Assembly (NCBI GenBank): GCA_964507855.1
Contig: CAZDQS010000001.1
Location: 102,121-166,120, forward strand
Length of the DNA stretch: 64,000 bases
Reading direction: 5' to 3'
Source of the DNA: an uncultured Candidatus Saccharibacteria bacterium
GTDB taxonomy: Bacteria > Patescibacteriota > Saccharimonadia > Saccharimonadales > CAZDQS01
The translations under genes were made by a program, and so were the position numbers. Below are positions 8,234-16,169 of this stretch, piece after piece; the first letter of the stretch is position 1, and each line of letters begins with the position of its first letter. The notes beneath the pieces are model-generated. The model was not told where the DNA came from, made no database searches, and saw nothing but the letters and a program-made list of their open reading frames with translations.

Positions 8234-11116
8234 ATGGTATTAACCGTGTCATGCTATCAAAAAGCTTGGTGGCATATGGTGATCAATAACCACTGGACAA
8301 CTATATTCCAGAAATTCGTCACAATGATGGCCGTTGTTGTGATGTTGCTGGTAGTGAGTCTTTTGACCAATCAGGCAGGCAGCCACGTTGATGCGGCGGA
8401 CGAGTTGGGGTGGATGCAGTCAGGTCTGGCTGCTTCGCTTGGCGAGGAAGTAGACCAGGCGGATGTTAACACTGGCCCACACGATTGTTACCAGACTACG
8501 TTGCGGGTACAGCGATATACACAGGGCTTCAATAATAACTGGTTACCACGTGAAGATCGAGTTATGCAGGTTTGTGCCCTGCAGACTCCTCTAGGTTTCG
8601 TGGCTGACACTGTTGAGGGGACGTATATCCAATTCACCGGCACCACGTACGCGCAAAAGCTTGTAGGCGCCTCAGGCCTCAGGGCTTATCCAGTTCCGGG
8701 ACAGCGGACGGTGGTGACGCGTGATGGCACGAGCACGAGCTATGCGTCGCGTCGGACCCGGATTCATTACAATATCGCCGCTGTTGGCGAGAGTGTGATC
8801 GAGAGCGGCGAGCGAGTGTTCAGGGTTAATTCATTTCCGGATCCATTTAGGGATGCAGATGGAAACACGCTGGAGGTGGACAACTACACGTTTTCGCGCA
8901 ATGGCGAATGGATGGTGGCAAACGTGCGCGGGGTGATTATGCGCATTCACGTCAAGACCAAGGCGATGCAGACGATTGGCAAGGGTGGGGTTGGCAGTAC
9001 GTCATTCCAGTTTGCAATAAGCAATGATGGGCAATATGTGTATTCGCGGGCAAGTTTTGGGCTTAGTGTCCCGTCGCAGCATCTATATGATTTGCGGGGT
9101 TGTCAGCCGAGCCAGGAGTATGAATATTCATATCCACACGCAATAGCGCCGGGCTGTACGCGGCGGGATATCGGACAGGTGTTGCGTCAGCAGGTGAGCG
9201 GGTTCTTTGGGTTATCTGGCATGCGGTTTAACCACGATGGTTACACGCTAACGGGCTACATGTCGTATACCAAACCGGGCGAGGACCGGCCCACCGGACT
9301 GCGGCGTATCAAGATTACACCGGAAGGGTATGTGGAGCCCTCGCTACAGTACTTGGCGCTAGGTGATTCGTTTGCTAGCGGTGAGGGTGATACGGAGGGC
9401 GGTATGTGGTACGAGCCGGGAACGGATACGAGCCAGAACAAATGCCACCTCAGCCGCCGCAGCTACCCTTACTTAATAGCCACGCAACTCGGCTGGCACG
9501 GCGGTATTAACCAGTCGCCCGCTCCCGAAAGCCCGTTTCACAGCATCGCCTGCAGCGGCGCAAGAAGCACCAATATATTTAATGGCACTGGGTTTGACCC
9601 TACCCTCACAATACCCACTAGAGACAATCAATATTCTGAAGTACCGGAAGTCAATGGTTTAGGGGATTGGATGCCTGGGTATATAGCTCAAATAGAGTTT
9701 ATGAAGAAATATAATCCAGAAGTAACTACAATCTCGGCAATAGGAAACAATATAGGTTTTACTGATAAGCTCATCCGTTGCCTCGAACCCGATACTTGCT
9801 ATAACACATATGAAGATCGTAAAGAGATAGCGCTTGAGATTCAAAGTAAATTCGAAGTACTGACAGCTATGTACCAGCAGCTGAAAGAAGCTGCTGGTAC
9901 AGAAGGAAAGATTTATGTGCTAGGTTACCCAAGGTTAGCGGACCCAAATGGTAACTGCGCTGTGAATGTGCGCCTCAACCAACACGAGTTGAAGTTTGCA
10001 AATGAGCTTGTACATTACCTAAACGCAGTAATTGAGTCGGCAGCGGAATATGCTGGTGTAATGTACGTTGACGTGGAGAGTGCGCTTAGGGGTAAAGAGC
10101 TCTGCGCCGGCCCAAGCAGTGAACTTGCGGTTAATGGATTAACAGCTGGAAATGACCAATTTGAAGTAGTGGGTAATGAGAGTTACCACCCTAATCATCG
10201 TGGCCACGAGCTCTATGTTCAGAGGGTCTTGGGCCAAACAGAAAGCTTTACTAGACCTATGCCTACTCATAACTACGCAATTTCTCCACCTCTAACCACG
10301 GACGATCAATTCAGTGATTTCTTTGCGGATGTACCGAAAGCCAATAGGCCTCTCAACAAGCTTAATTACGATAATGACACAGAAAATAATGTAGTCTATC
10401 GGGAGCAGTGGCTGGAGTGGACTTTGCAAGGAATTAAAAACCATACAGCACCACACAAAAAATATAGTGTGTTTATCAATTCGACCCCAACATACTTGGG
10501 TGATTTTGTAGCGGACGGTAATGGCGATCTGGTTATTGCAGCAAAGGTGCCGGGCTCGCTAACGCCTGGCTTCCATACGTTACATGCGTATGGTGAGAAC
10601 CTCGCAGGAGAGAGTGTGGACATATACCGAACGATATATGTGGCGGCAAGCGAAGATGACTATGACGGCGATGGTATATCGAACAGCGATGATGCTTGCA
10701 TTATTGCCGAGCCTTCAAGGCAAGATCGGGATAAGGATGGGATCGATGATGCTTGTGATGGCTATATCGGCTTACCATCAATTGCTTTATCCATAGGACA
10801 ACCAGACACACTGCCTGAAGTTAGAGGAGGCGATAGCCTATTAACAACTGCTAGTGTGCCTCTCCGAAGTCTTCTTGCCGCTTCACCATCAACTACAGTC
10901 GTGATGCAAAAATCAAAGAAAATAACTTCAGCTGAAGCCCGAAGTGTAGATAGTCAGCCTACACATACCCGCAGAGAGATTGTTGTTGAAGAGAGACATT
11001 GGTGGGGTAGGGCATGGCCAGCCATCATACCCGTCATGCTTATAATCCTTGTAGCAGTTGTACTTATAGGTAAGTTCTATAAAATCACTCACAAAGTGCA
11101 CAACAAGGTAAAATAA
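8234..11116 (+). CDS. large surface protein with SGNH/GDSL hydrolase domain, thrombospondin-type-3-like Ca-binding repeats and a C-terminal membrane anchor
   Basis: 960-aa ORF. The true start is probably ATG 8276 or 8324, just before the signal-like segment MMAVVVMLLVVSLL. It has GDS block I (YLALGDSFASGEG) and a block V-like motif (SYHPNHRGHELY). It also has DDYDGDGISNSDDAC...DRDKDGIDDACD and a C-terminal TM helix (AWPAIIPVMLIILVAVVLIGKF). Confidence 0.65.
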   Translation: MVLTVSCYQKAWWHMVINNHWTTIFQKFVTMMAVVVMLLVVSLLTNQAGSHVDAADELGWMQSGLAASLGEEVDQADVNTGPHDCYQTTLRVQRYTQGFNNNWLPREDRVMQVCALQTPLGFVADTVEGTYIQFTGTTYAQKLVGASGLRAYPVPGQRTVVTRDGTSTSYASRRTRIHYNIAAVGESVIESGERVFRVNSFPDPFRDADGNTLEVDNYTFSRNGEWMVANVRGVIMRIHVKTKAMQTIGKGGVGSTSFQFAISNDGQYVYSRASFGLSVPSQHLYDLRGCQPSQEYEYSYPHAIAPGCTRRDIGQVLRQQVSGFFGLSGMRFNHDGYTLTGYMSYTKPGEDRPTGLRRIKITPEGYVEPSLQYLALGDSFASGEGDTEGGMWYEPGTDTSQNKCHLSRRSYPYLIATQLGWHGGINQSPAPESPFHSIACSGARSTNIFNGTGFDPTLTIPTRDNQYSEVPEVNGLGDWMPGYIAQIEFMKKYNPEVTTISAIGNNIGFTDKLIRCLEPDTCYNTYEDRKEIALEIQSKFEVLTAMYQQLKEAAGTEGKIYVLGYPRLADPNGNCAVNVRLNQHELKFANELVHYLNAVIESAAEYAGVMYVDVESALRGKELCAGPSSELAVNGLTAGNDQFEVVGNESYHPNHRGHELYVQRVLGQTESFTRPMPTHNYAISPPLTTDDQFSDFFADVPKANRPLNKLNYDNDTENNVVYREQWLEWTLQGIKNHTAPHKKYSVFINSTPTYLGDFVADGNGDLVIAAKVPGSLTPGFHTLHAYGENLAGESVDIYRTIYVAASEDDYDGDGISNSDDACIIAEPSRQDRDKDGIDDACDGYIGLPSIALSIGQPDTLPEVRGGDSLLTTASVPLRSLLAASPSTTVVMQKSKKITSAEARSVDSQPTHTRREIVVEERHWWGRAWPAIIPVMLIILVAVVLIGKFYKITHKVHNKVK

Positions 11117-11127
11117 GGCAGGAGATA

Positions 11128-11649
11128 ATGATGAAAACCAAAAGAACCCCAATAGCATTAATCGCTATATTTATGTTGCTTGTAATACCTGCGGCTATAA
11201 TTGGTGTGCGGGCTTATAAAGAAAAAACTGATCTGGGGATGATAGAGGCGAGTATGGAAAGTTTACTCGCCGAAATCCAACCCTTAGGGGTTTCTGGCAG
11301 CATACAGAAAGGTTGCGGCAGGCCGGATGAAGTATTCGGTGAAGGAAATTTAAGTTGCTCAATGGGTATAGAGGGAGTATTTCAGTCTGTCGAGGGTGAA
11401 GTAGGTAGCAAGATTTCAGATATCGAGCAAGCCTTAGCGAATGACTTCGTGCTTATCGGAAATCAAAACCTACCTATCGTAAAAGATAATCATTTTATGA
11501 CGGTTATAAATAGCTATAGACATGATCATACCAACCTTAATTGTTATGCAGTTTATCAATCCGAGGAGATGGGTACTATTTCTACCGATAGCCTATCCGT
11601 GCAATATAGCATCTATTGCCCCAAGCAAACTCTTTTTGAATACTTCTAG
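11128..11649 (+). CDS. membrane-anchored Cys-motif protein, paralog 1 of 4 (unknown function)
   Basis: 173 aa with SD GGAGA upstream and an N-terminal anchor. It shares the motif CGRPDEVFGEGNLSCSMGI with the three following ORFs. Confidence 0.6.
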   Translation: MMKTKRTPIALIAIFMLLVIPAAIIGVRAYKEKTDLGMIEASMESLLAEIQPLGVSGSIQKGCGRPDEVFGEGNLSCSMGIEGVFQSVEGEVGSKISDIEQALANDFVLIGNQNLPIVKDNHFMTVINSYRHDHTNLNCYAVYQSEEMGTISTDSLSVQYSIYCPKQTLFEYF

Positions 11650-11683
11650 CTTACACCTAGACTAATGACTGGCAGTGCGACTA

Positions 11684-11857
11684 ATCCAGGGCTTTGTTAT
11701 TAACTTCGAGCGTTTGCTTGGCGCAGTGTTGCCAAGAGTAGAGGGAAGCGACTTTTTGCCTTTGGTAATTAACTCTGTTTTAAGCTTTTCATCATCAAGT
11801 ATATCGGCGATTTTATCCGCCATGTCCTGGACATTGAGAAGGGCTAAGTAATGGAAT
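11684..11857 (-). pseudogene. remnant of a GT4 glycosyltransferase 3' end (duplicate of the 3' end of the gene at 13843..14946, frameshifted)
   Basis: 11703..11854 aligns by eye with 13865..14017 (about 14 substitutions and one 1-nt indel, T5 versus T6). The track ORF 11662..11913 translates to LNVQDMADKIADILDDEKLKTELITKGKK, compared with LNVQDMADKITEILDNEKLKTELITKGKK in the intact gene, then diverges after the indel. No N-terminal GT sequence is present. Confidence 0.75.
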
Positions 11858-11968
11858 TGGCGTAAAATTATATCAATTACATTAACCATATTAATACTGA
11901 TGGGTGGCCTCAATATACTTAAGAGACATATGAACCAAACAGCAGATTAGGAGTACAATGAAAATATT

Positions 11969-12580
11969 ATGAGCATGAAAAATAAAGACTTCATACAACA
12001 TAAGCGCACGCTATCTATGATTATAGTTTTCGTGCTTTTAGTGTTTGCTGCCTACTTTGTGATGAAAGTCTTTGAGGGCGAAAAAGATTATCGTACTAGG
12101 GAAGACTTCAGAAGTACTGAAAACATAATTAATGGTGCCTATGCTGCTATCGAACATGATCTTAGTGAGCTGAACTTAAAACAAACTAACAATAAGTGCA
12201 CAAGAGCCAATCTAAAGTCAGAGCAGGGTCCGCTAATTTGTAGTACATCTATAAGCTTTACACTCCTGGCTGAAGATATTGAAGACGCGCAGAAATTGGC
12301 AGAACGGATACACGCATTGACAGGCCTACAGAAAGGCATCGATATAGCGGACGAAACCCCAAATTTGTTAGCTGCAGAAGAGGAGAAATATCCTGGCAGC
12401 AGCTTGCCGATAGAAGCTCGAAGTGGTTTTTCGATAGCCCAAGACATGTCCTGTTCTATAGTTTTCAGATTTTTGCCCAGTACAAAAAATGAAGGCATCT
12501 CCGATGTGGCCAACAACAGCCTCTACACTAATATAGGATGCAATGCTCGTGCCAAAAATGAAATTTATCCATCTGAATAA
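11969..12580 (+). CDS. membrane-anchored Cys-motif protein, paralog 2 of 4
   Basis: 203 aa with an N-terminal anchor (LSMIIVFVLLVFAAYFVM). It has the motif CTRANLKSEQGPLICSTSI and the C-terminal IGCNARAKNEIYP. Confidence 0.6.
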   Translation: MSMKNKDFIQHKRTLSMIIVFVLLVFAAYFVMKVFEGEKDYRTREDFRSTENIINGAYAAIEHDLSELNLKQTNNKCTRANLKSEQGPLICSTSISFTLLAEDIEDAQKLAERIHALTGLQKGIDIADETPNLLAAEEEKYPGSSLPIEARSGFSIAQDMSCSIVFRFLPSTKNEGISDVANNSLYTNIGCNARAKNEIYPSE

Positions 12581-12596
12581 AAACAAACTATTGTAG

Positions 12597-13199
12597 ATGA
12601 AATCGAATAAAGTCGACAGAAGGTGCGTACTTCTTGCAGCTCTTGTCTTTGTAGCTGCTGTTGCTGGTTTTACATACAAGACCCATCAATTTAATAGTAA
12701 ATATAGGCCTAAAGAGAGTTTTGAAAGCGCAAGAATCACGCTCATACACCTACACGCATCCATTGAGGAGGACTTAGGGAGGGTGGGTGTATCTGAAAAA
12801 TCGGAGAGCTGCGGTCGGCCAAATCTGAAGGCTGGCGAAGGAGATTTGAGCTGTAGCGTGGGTATTGATTATGCATATGCTGTATCAGATATTTACGAGG
12901 CTGATAAGTTGGTAAACCGAATAGGTACTACACTAAAGGACAAACCACAGATATCTGTAATGGGTGAACCAAAGAGTTTAATCGAAGCGTTTGAGCAGAC
13001 GACAGGAAGCCAATTAGCGGAGACGCGATTTACATTCTATGATACTCAAACTTCTATGAGATGTACAGCACACTTCAGGTATGTACCCAAAGGTGCAGAA
13101 TTGCCACACTTTACCATAGCCGACCCTTCAAGCAACAACTTAGATGCAAGTATTTCGTGTGGTGGTTACGCAAGAGGCGAATATTATCCGGTACGGTAA
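12597..13199 (+). CDS. membrane-anchored Cys-motif protein, paralog 3 of 4
   Basis: 200 aa with an anchor (CVLLAALVFVAAVAGF). It has the motif CGRPNLKAGEGDLSCSVGI and the C-terminal SCGGYARGEYYPV. Confidence 0.6.
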   Translation: MKSNKVDRRCVLLAALVFVAAVAGFTYKTHQFNSKYRPKESFESARITLIHLHASIEEDLGRVGVSEKSESCGRPNLKAGEGDLSCSVGIDYAYAVSDIYEADKLVNRIGTTLKDKPQISVMGEPKSLIEAFEQTTGSQLAETRFTFYDTQTSMRCTAHFRYVPKGAELPHFTIADPSSNNLDASISCGGYARGEYYPVR

Positions 13200-13205
13200 G
13201 CTCTC

Positions 13206-13811
13206 TTGAATATGAGAAGATATAAAGCCAACAAGAAAAAAGTTTTACTATTCTTTATTCTATTTGCCGTCGGCACTTGGCTTCTAGTAGCCAATCTTAA
13301 CAGCCACAATCCCGGTCAAAAGACCAAGGAGCAGTTTGAGGATACTTTTGCCGCCCAAAAAGAGCTGCGCCAGCGGATAATTAACCAGTTCGGCGAACCC
13401 ATCTCGACGCGAGAAGAGAAGTCGTGTGGGTATGCATCACGTAAGTTCGAGAAAGGGCCGCTAGGGTGTGGAGTTCGTGTTTATCTATCATACGAAGTCA
13501 CTGATCATGAGGTAGCCGACAGACAAGCGCGACAAATAGATGAATTTGTTGGGCAGCAGACAGATGTGCTGACCAGGAGTAGCAATATATTTTTTATTGG
13601 ACCAGAGAAAAGATTTTCTCCACGTGAGCTCTCTGGTCGGCATCAGCAAGCGTCTGCTGGATTCGACTTTATAGACGAGAGTTTATTAGGGCTAAGTCTT
13701 TCATTTAATTATTACTTGGAGGAGGATTCCCGAGACAGGCTAGAGGTTGGATTAAGCGCTGGCGGAGAAGCGAGGGGTGAATTTTATCCCGTAAAAGAAA
13801 GCCCTTATTAG
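13206..13811 (+). CDS. membrane-anchored Cys-motif protein, paralog 4 of 4
   Basis: 201 aa from TTG 13206 (alternative ATG at 13212) with an anchor (VLLFFILFAVGTWLLV). It has the motif CGYASRKFEKGPLGCGVRV and the C-terminal GGEARGEFYPV. Confidence 0.6.
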   Translation: MNMRRYKANKKKVLLFFILFAVGTWLLVANLNSHNPGQKTKEQFEDTFAAQKELRQRIINQFGEPISTREEKSCGYASRKFEKGPLGCGVRVYLSYEVTDHEVADRQARQIDEFVGQQTDVLTRSSNIFFIGPEKRFSPRELSGRHQQASAGFDFIDESLLGLSLSFNYYLEEDSRDRLEVGLSAGGEARGEFYPVKESPY

Positions 13812-13842
13812 GTATTGGGCATATCTGAGCTAGTTTTATTGG

Positions 13843-14946
13843 CTAGCGGAGAGCCTTACTGTAGACTTCGAGTGTTTGTTCGGCGCAGTGGCGCCAGGAG
13901 TAGAGGGAGGCGACTTTTTTGCCTTTGGTAATTAACTCTGTTTTAAGTTTTTCATTATCAAGTATCTCGGTGATTTTATCCGCCATGTCCTGGACATTGA
14001 GAGGGTCGAAGTAATGGGCGCCGTCTTTGTACACTTCCGGCAAGCACGTAGCGTTGCTCGAGGCCACCGGCGCGCCGTGAACCATGGCTTCGAGGCCGGG
14101 AAGGCCAAAGCCTTCGCTCAAAGACGGGAAGCAATAGGCGGCCGTATTCTCGTACATCCAGCGCAACTGGCCGTCGGACACAAAGCCGGTGAAGACAATA
14201 TCCCTCACCCCTGCCCTCTCAGCTCTGTTCGCTATTTGTTCGTATAGTGCATCTTTCTTGCCGGCAAAGGCAAGGACCAGACCAGGATGAGATTGCTTAA
14301 GTATATTAAACGCTTCAATTAACCGCTCGAGGTTCTTGTGCGGCTGTGGCCGGCCAACATACATGATGAACTGCTTGCCCTGCAGCGCTTCGACCGGTTC
14401 CGGTGCGTCCGCTATCGGATCGGCGGCTTCGTACGTGACGGTAATCTTGCCCTCATCTATGCCGGCAAAGTGTGCAACATCTTGACGCACGTATTCCGTG
14501 GGTGTGATGACGGCCGCGGACTTCCGGGCGGCAATAAGATTGACGCGTTTGTATACGGCCTGCTTGGCTTTAAACATGAGTCTGTTCTTGGTCGGGTTGT
14601 CGAAGCGGATGGCCGTAAGGTCATGCATGGTGGTGACCGCCCTCCCCCGGTACAGTATCGGCTGCTGCACAAATCCGAAATGGACGAGATCGGGCTTGAG
14701 CCTCTGGAGCTGCCTCAGCAAACCGGTTTGCTCGCCGATACTCCCGAGCGCGTAATCAGACGGCTCGAGCGTGAAGTTCAGCGGCAGCTGAAGGCGCGAC
14801 AGATAGCTGGTCGGGACAAGCACGGTGTAGCGATATGGTGAATCAAGCGTGCTGAGATATTTCAGCAGGCCCTTCAGGTACGTCCCGCTGGAGGTGTCTA
14901 TCATGCGGGCGTCAATGACAATGTGTTTAGCGGCTGAGTTGTTCAT
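13843..14946 (-). CDS. glycosyltransferase family 4 (GT-B, Glycos_transf_1 type)
   Basis: 367 aa. The C-terminal half has the typical GT4 donor-binding region: YCFPSLSEGFGLPGLEAMVHGAPVASSN. Confidence 0.8.
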   Translation of the reverse strand: MNNSAAKHIVIDARMIDTSSGTYLKGLLKYLSTLDSPYRYTVLVPTSYLSRLQLPLNFTLEPSDYALGSIGEQTGLLRQLQRLKPDLVHFGFVQQPILYRGRAVTTMHDLTAIRFDNPTKNRLMFKAKQAVYKRVNLIAARKSAAVITPTEYVRQDVAHFAGIDEGKITVTYEAADPIADAPEPVEALQGKQFIMYVGRPQPHKNLERLIEAFNILKQSHPGLVLAFAGKKDALYEQIANRAERAGVRDIVFTGFVSDGQLRWMYENTAAYCFPSLSEGFGLPGLEAMVHGAPVASSNATCLPEVYKDGAHYFDPLNVQDMADKITEILDNEKLKTELITKGKKVASLYSWRHCAEQTLEVYSKALR

Positions 14947-16039
14947 AGGTTTCTAGGTGTAGTCTAACAATTTCATCCCACGAAAAATATTGTTGCAACT
15001 GGCGCGTGCCTGCCTGGAGCTGATTTCGCAAATCAGGAGACTGCTCAAGCTTACGCAAAGCGGTGGCGATGCTTTCTGCCGATACGTCCGGTATCAACGC
15101 GGCGTTTTGCCGGTCAGCGTATGGTTCGTTCAAGGATGGGTCTGGTGCGGCTTTGCCGATAATGGTCAGCCCGTGGATGACGGCCGTGATGGTGGTGCCG
15201 GATTTGGCGGTAAGCGGAATTTCTTGTGGCTGCACGAAGTAGCGGCACTCCTGAATTACTTGTGAAACTGTCTCATCGTCCAAAAAGCCGGTAATTCCTA
15301 TTGCCTTTCGTTGGGTGTTAATCCTTGATGCCTCTTCAAGTAATTGCGCGTGGTACGGGTCTTGCGGTCGGAGTTCGCTCATAATGAGGAGCTGTAGTTC
15401 GGGCGATTGCTCCATGGCGGCAATCAGGTTTTCTAGCTTCTTGCTGGGAAAGGCAAAGCCGAAAAACGCAATAGTCGGTCGAGATGCGTCCAGGCCTGCA
15501 GCCGCCATGATGTTTTCAAAAACTTTCCTACTGGCAGCTACTCGTGAAATGTTCGAGCCTATCGGAACGAGAGAAGTCTTGCGTTTCAGGGGCGCAGGTA
15601 GCGCAGCTTTATCGTACGGGTTGGATACCAGTATGCGGTGCGCGAACCAGGTAGTAACCAGGTTGCGAATCCGGCCAAGCAGCGGCGAGCCGTGGTATTC
15701 GTGCAGCGTCACAACAATGGGCGCACGCGGGCCAAAGAGCCGCAAACAAAGTGGCAGGAGGTTGATGCCGAGATTGCGTCTGTACCCTACCGCCGGGTAT
15801 TGAATATGTATGACATCAGGGCGCTCGGCGCGGGCCTTGCGGAGCAGAGCAGGAATGCGCCGAATCTTCCAGTCCGGAAGCGAGTAAGTTTGATGCCCCT
15901 CGAGCGGATTAGTTCCTTCGGTGGTCACGACCGAAACATCGACATGTTCACGCAAGTATGGCAGCAGCGTGTTACTGTAGTAACCTATGCCGCACCTGAT
16001 GGGCGGAAGCGATCCGGTGATAAAAAGTATTTTTCTCAT
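14927..16039 (-). CDS. glycosyltransferase (GT4-like, GT-B fold)
   Basis: 370 aa. N-terminus MRKILFITGSLPPIRCGIGYYSNTL and HIQYP... are typical of GT4 N-domains. It overlaps the downstream GT by 20 nt. Confidence 0.65.
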   Translation of the reverse strand: MRKILFITGSLPPIRCGIGYYSNTLLPYLREHVDVSVVTTEGTNPLEGHQTYSLPDWKIRRIPALLRKARAERPDVIHIQYPAVGYRRNLGINLLPLCLRLFGPRAPIVVTLHEYHGSPLLGRIRNLVTTWFAHRILVSNPYDKAALPAPLKRKTSLVPIGSNISRVAASRKVFENIMAAAGLDASRPTIAFFGFAFPSKKLENLIAAMEQSPELQLLIMSELRPQDPYHAQLLEEASRINTQRKAIGITGFLDDETVSQVIQECRYFVQPQEIPLTAKSGTTITAVIHGLTIIGKAAPDPSLNEPYADRQNAALIPDVSAESIATALRKLEQSPDLRNQLQAGTRQLQQYFSWDEIVRLHLETYEQLSR

Positions 16040-16138
16040 ATGACAATGCTAAATTAAGTCTATCCTATAGTTTGAGATTGCGTTAGGGGCTTTAGCTGGT
16101 GGCGAGGGTGTTGCTGCTTGTGACACAATCTTTTCAGG

Positions 16139-16144
16139 TATAAT
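16139..16144 (+). promoter_or_regulatory. candidate -10 box (TATAAT) for gmd
   Basis: A perfect TATAAT hexamer lies 25 nt upstream of the gmd ATG in a divergent intergenic region. SD GAGGAG is at about 16160. The -35 element is weak. Confidence 0.25.
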
Positions 16145-16169
16145 GAAACAAAACTAATCGAGGAGCGAC

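Noticed and set aside
11662-11913. 83-aa minus-strand ORF as a real gene
   Set aside because: Its C-terminal two-thirds are a frameshifted copy of the GT4 3' end, and its N-terminal part lacks any GT sequence. I call it a pseudogene remnant rather than a CDS.
11703-14017. GT 3'-end repeat pair as a DGR template/variable repeat (given the Avd-like gene at 2373..2717)
   Set aside because: The differences between the copies are mixed transitions plus an indel, not adenine-specific. No reverse transcriptase is in the window. The copies sit in a glycosyltransferase C-terminus, not in a variable ligand-binding fold.
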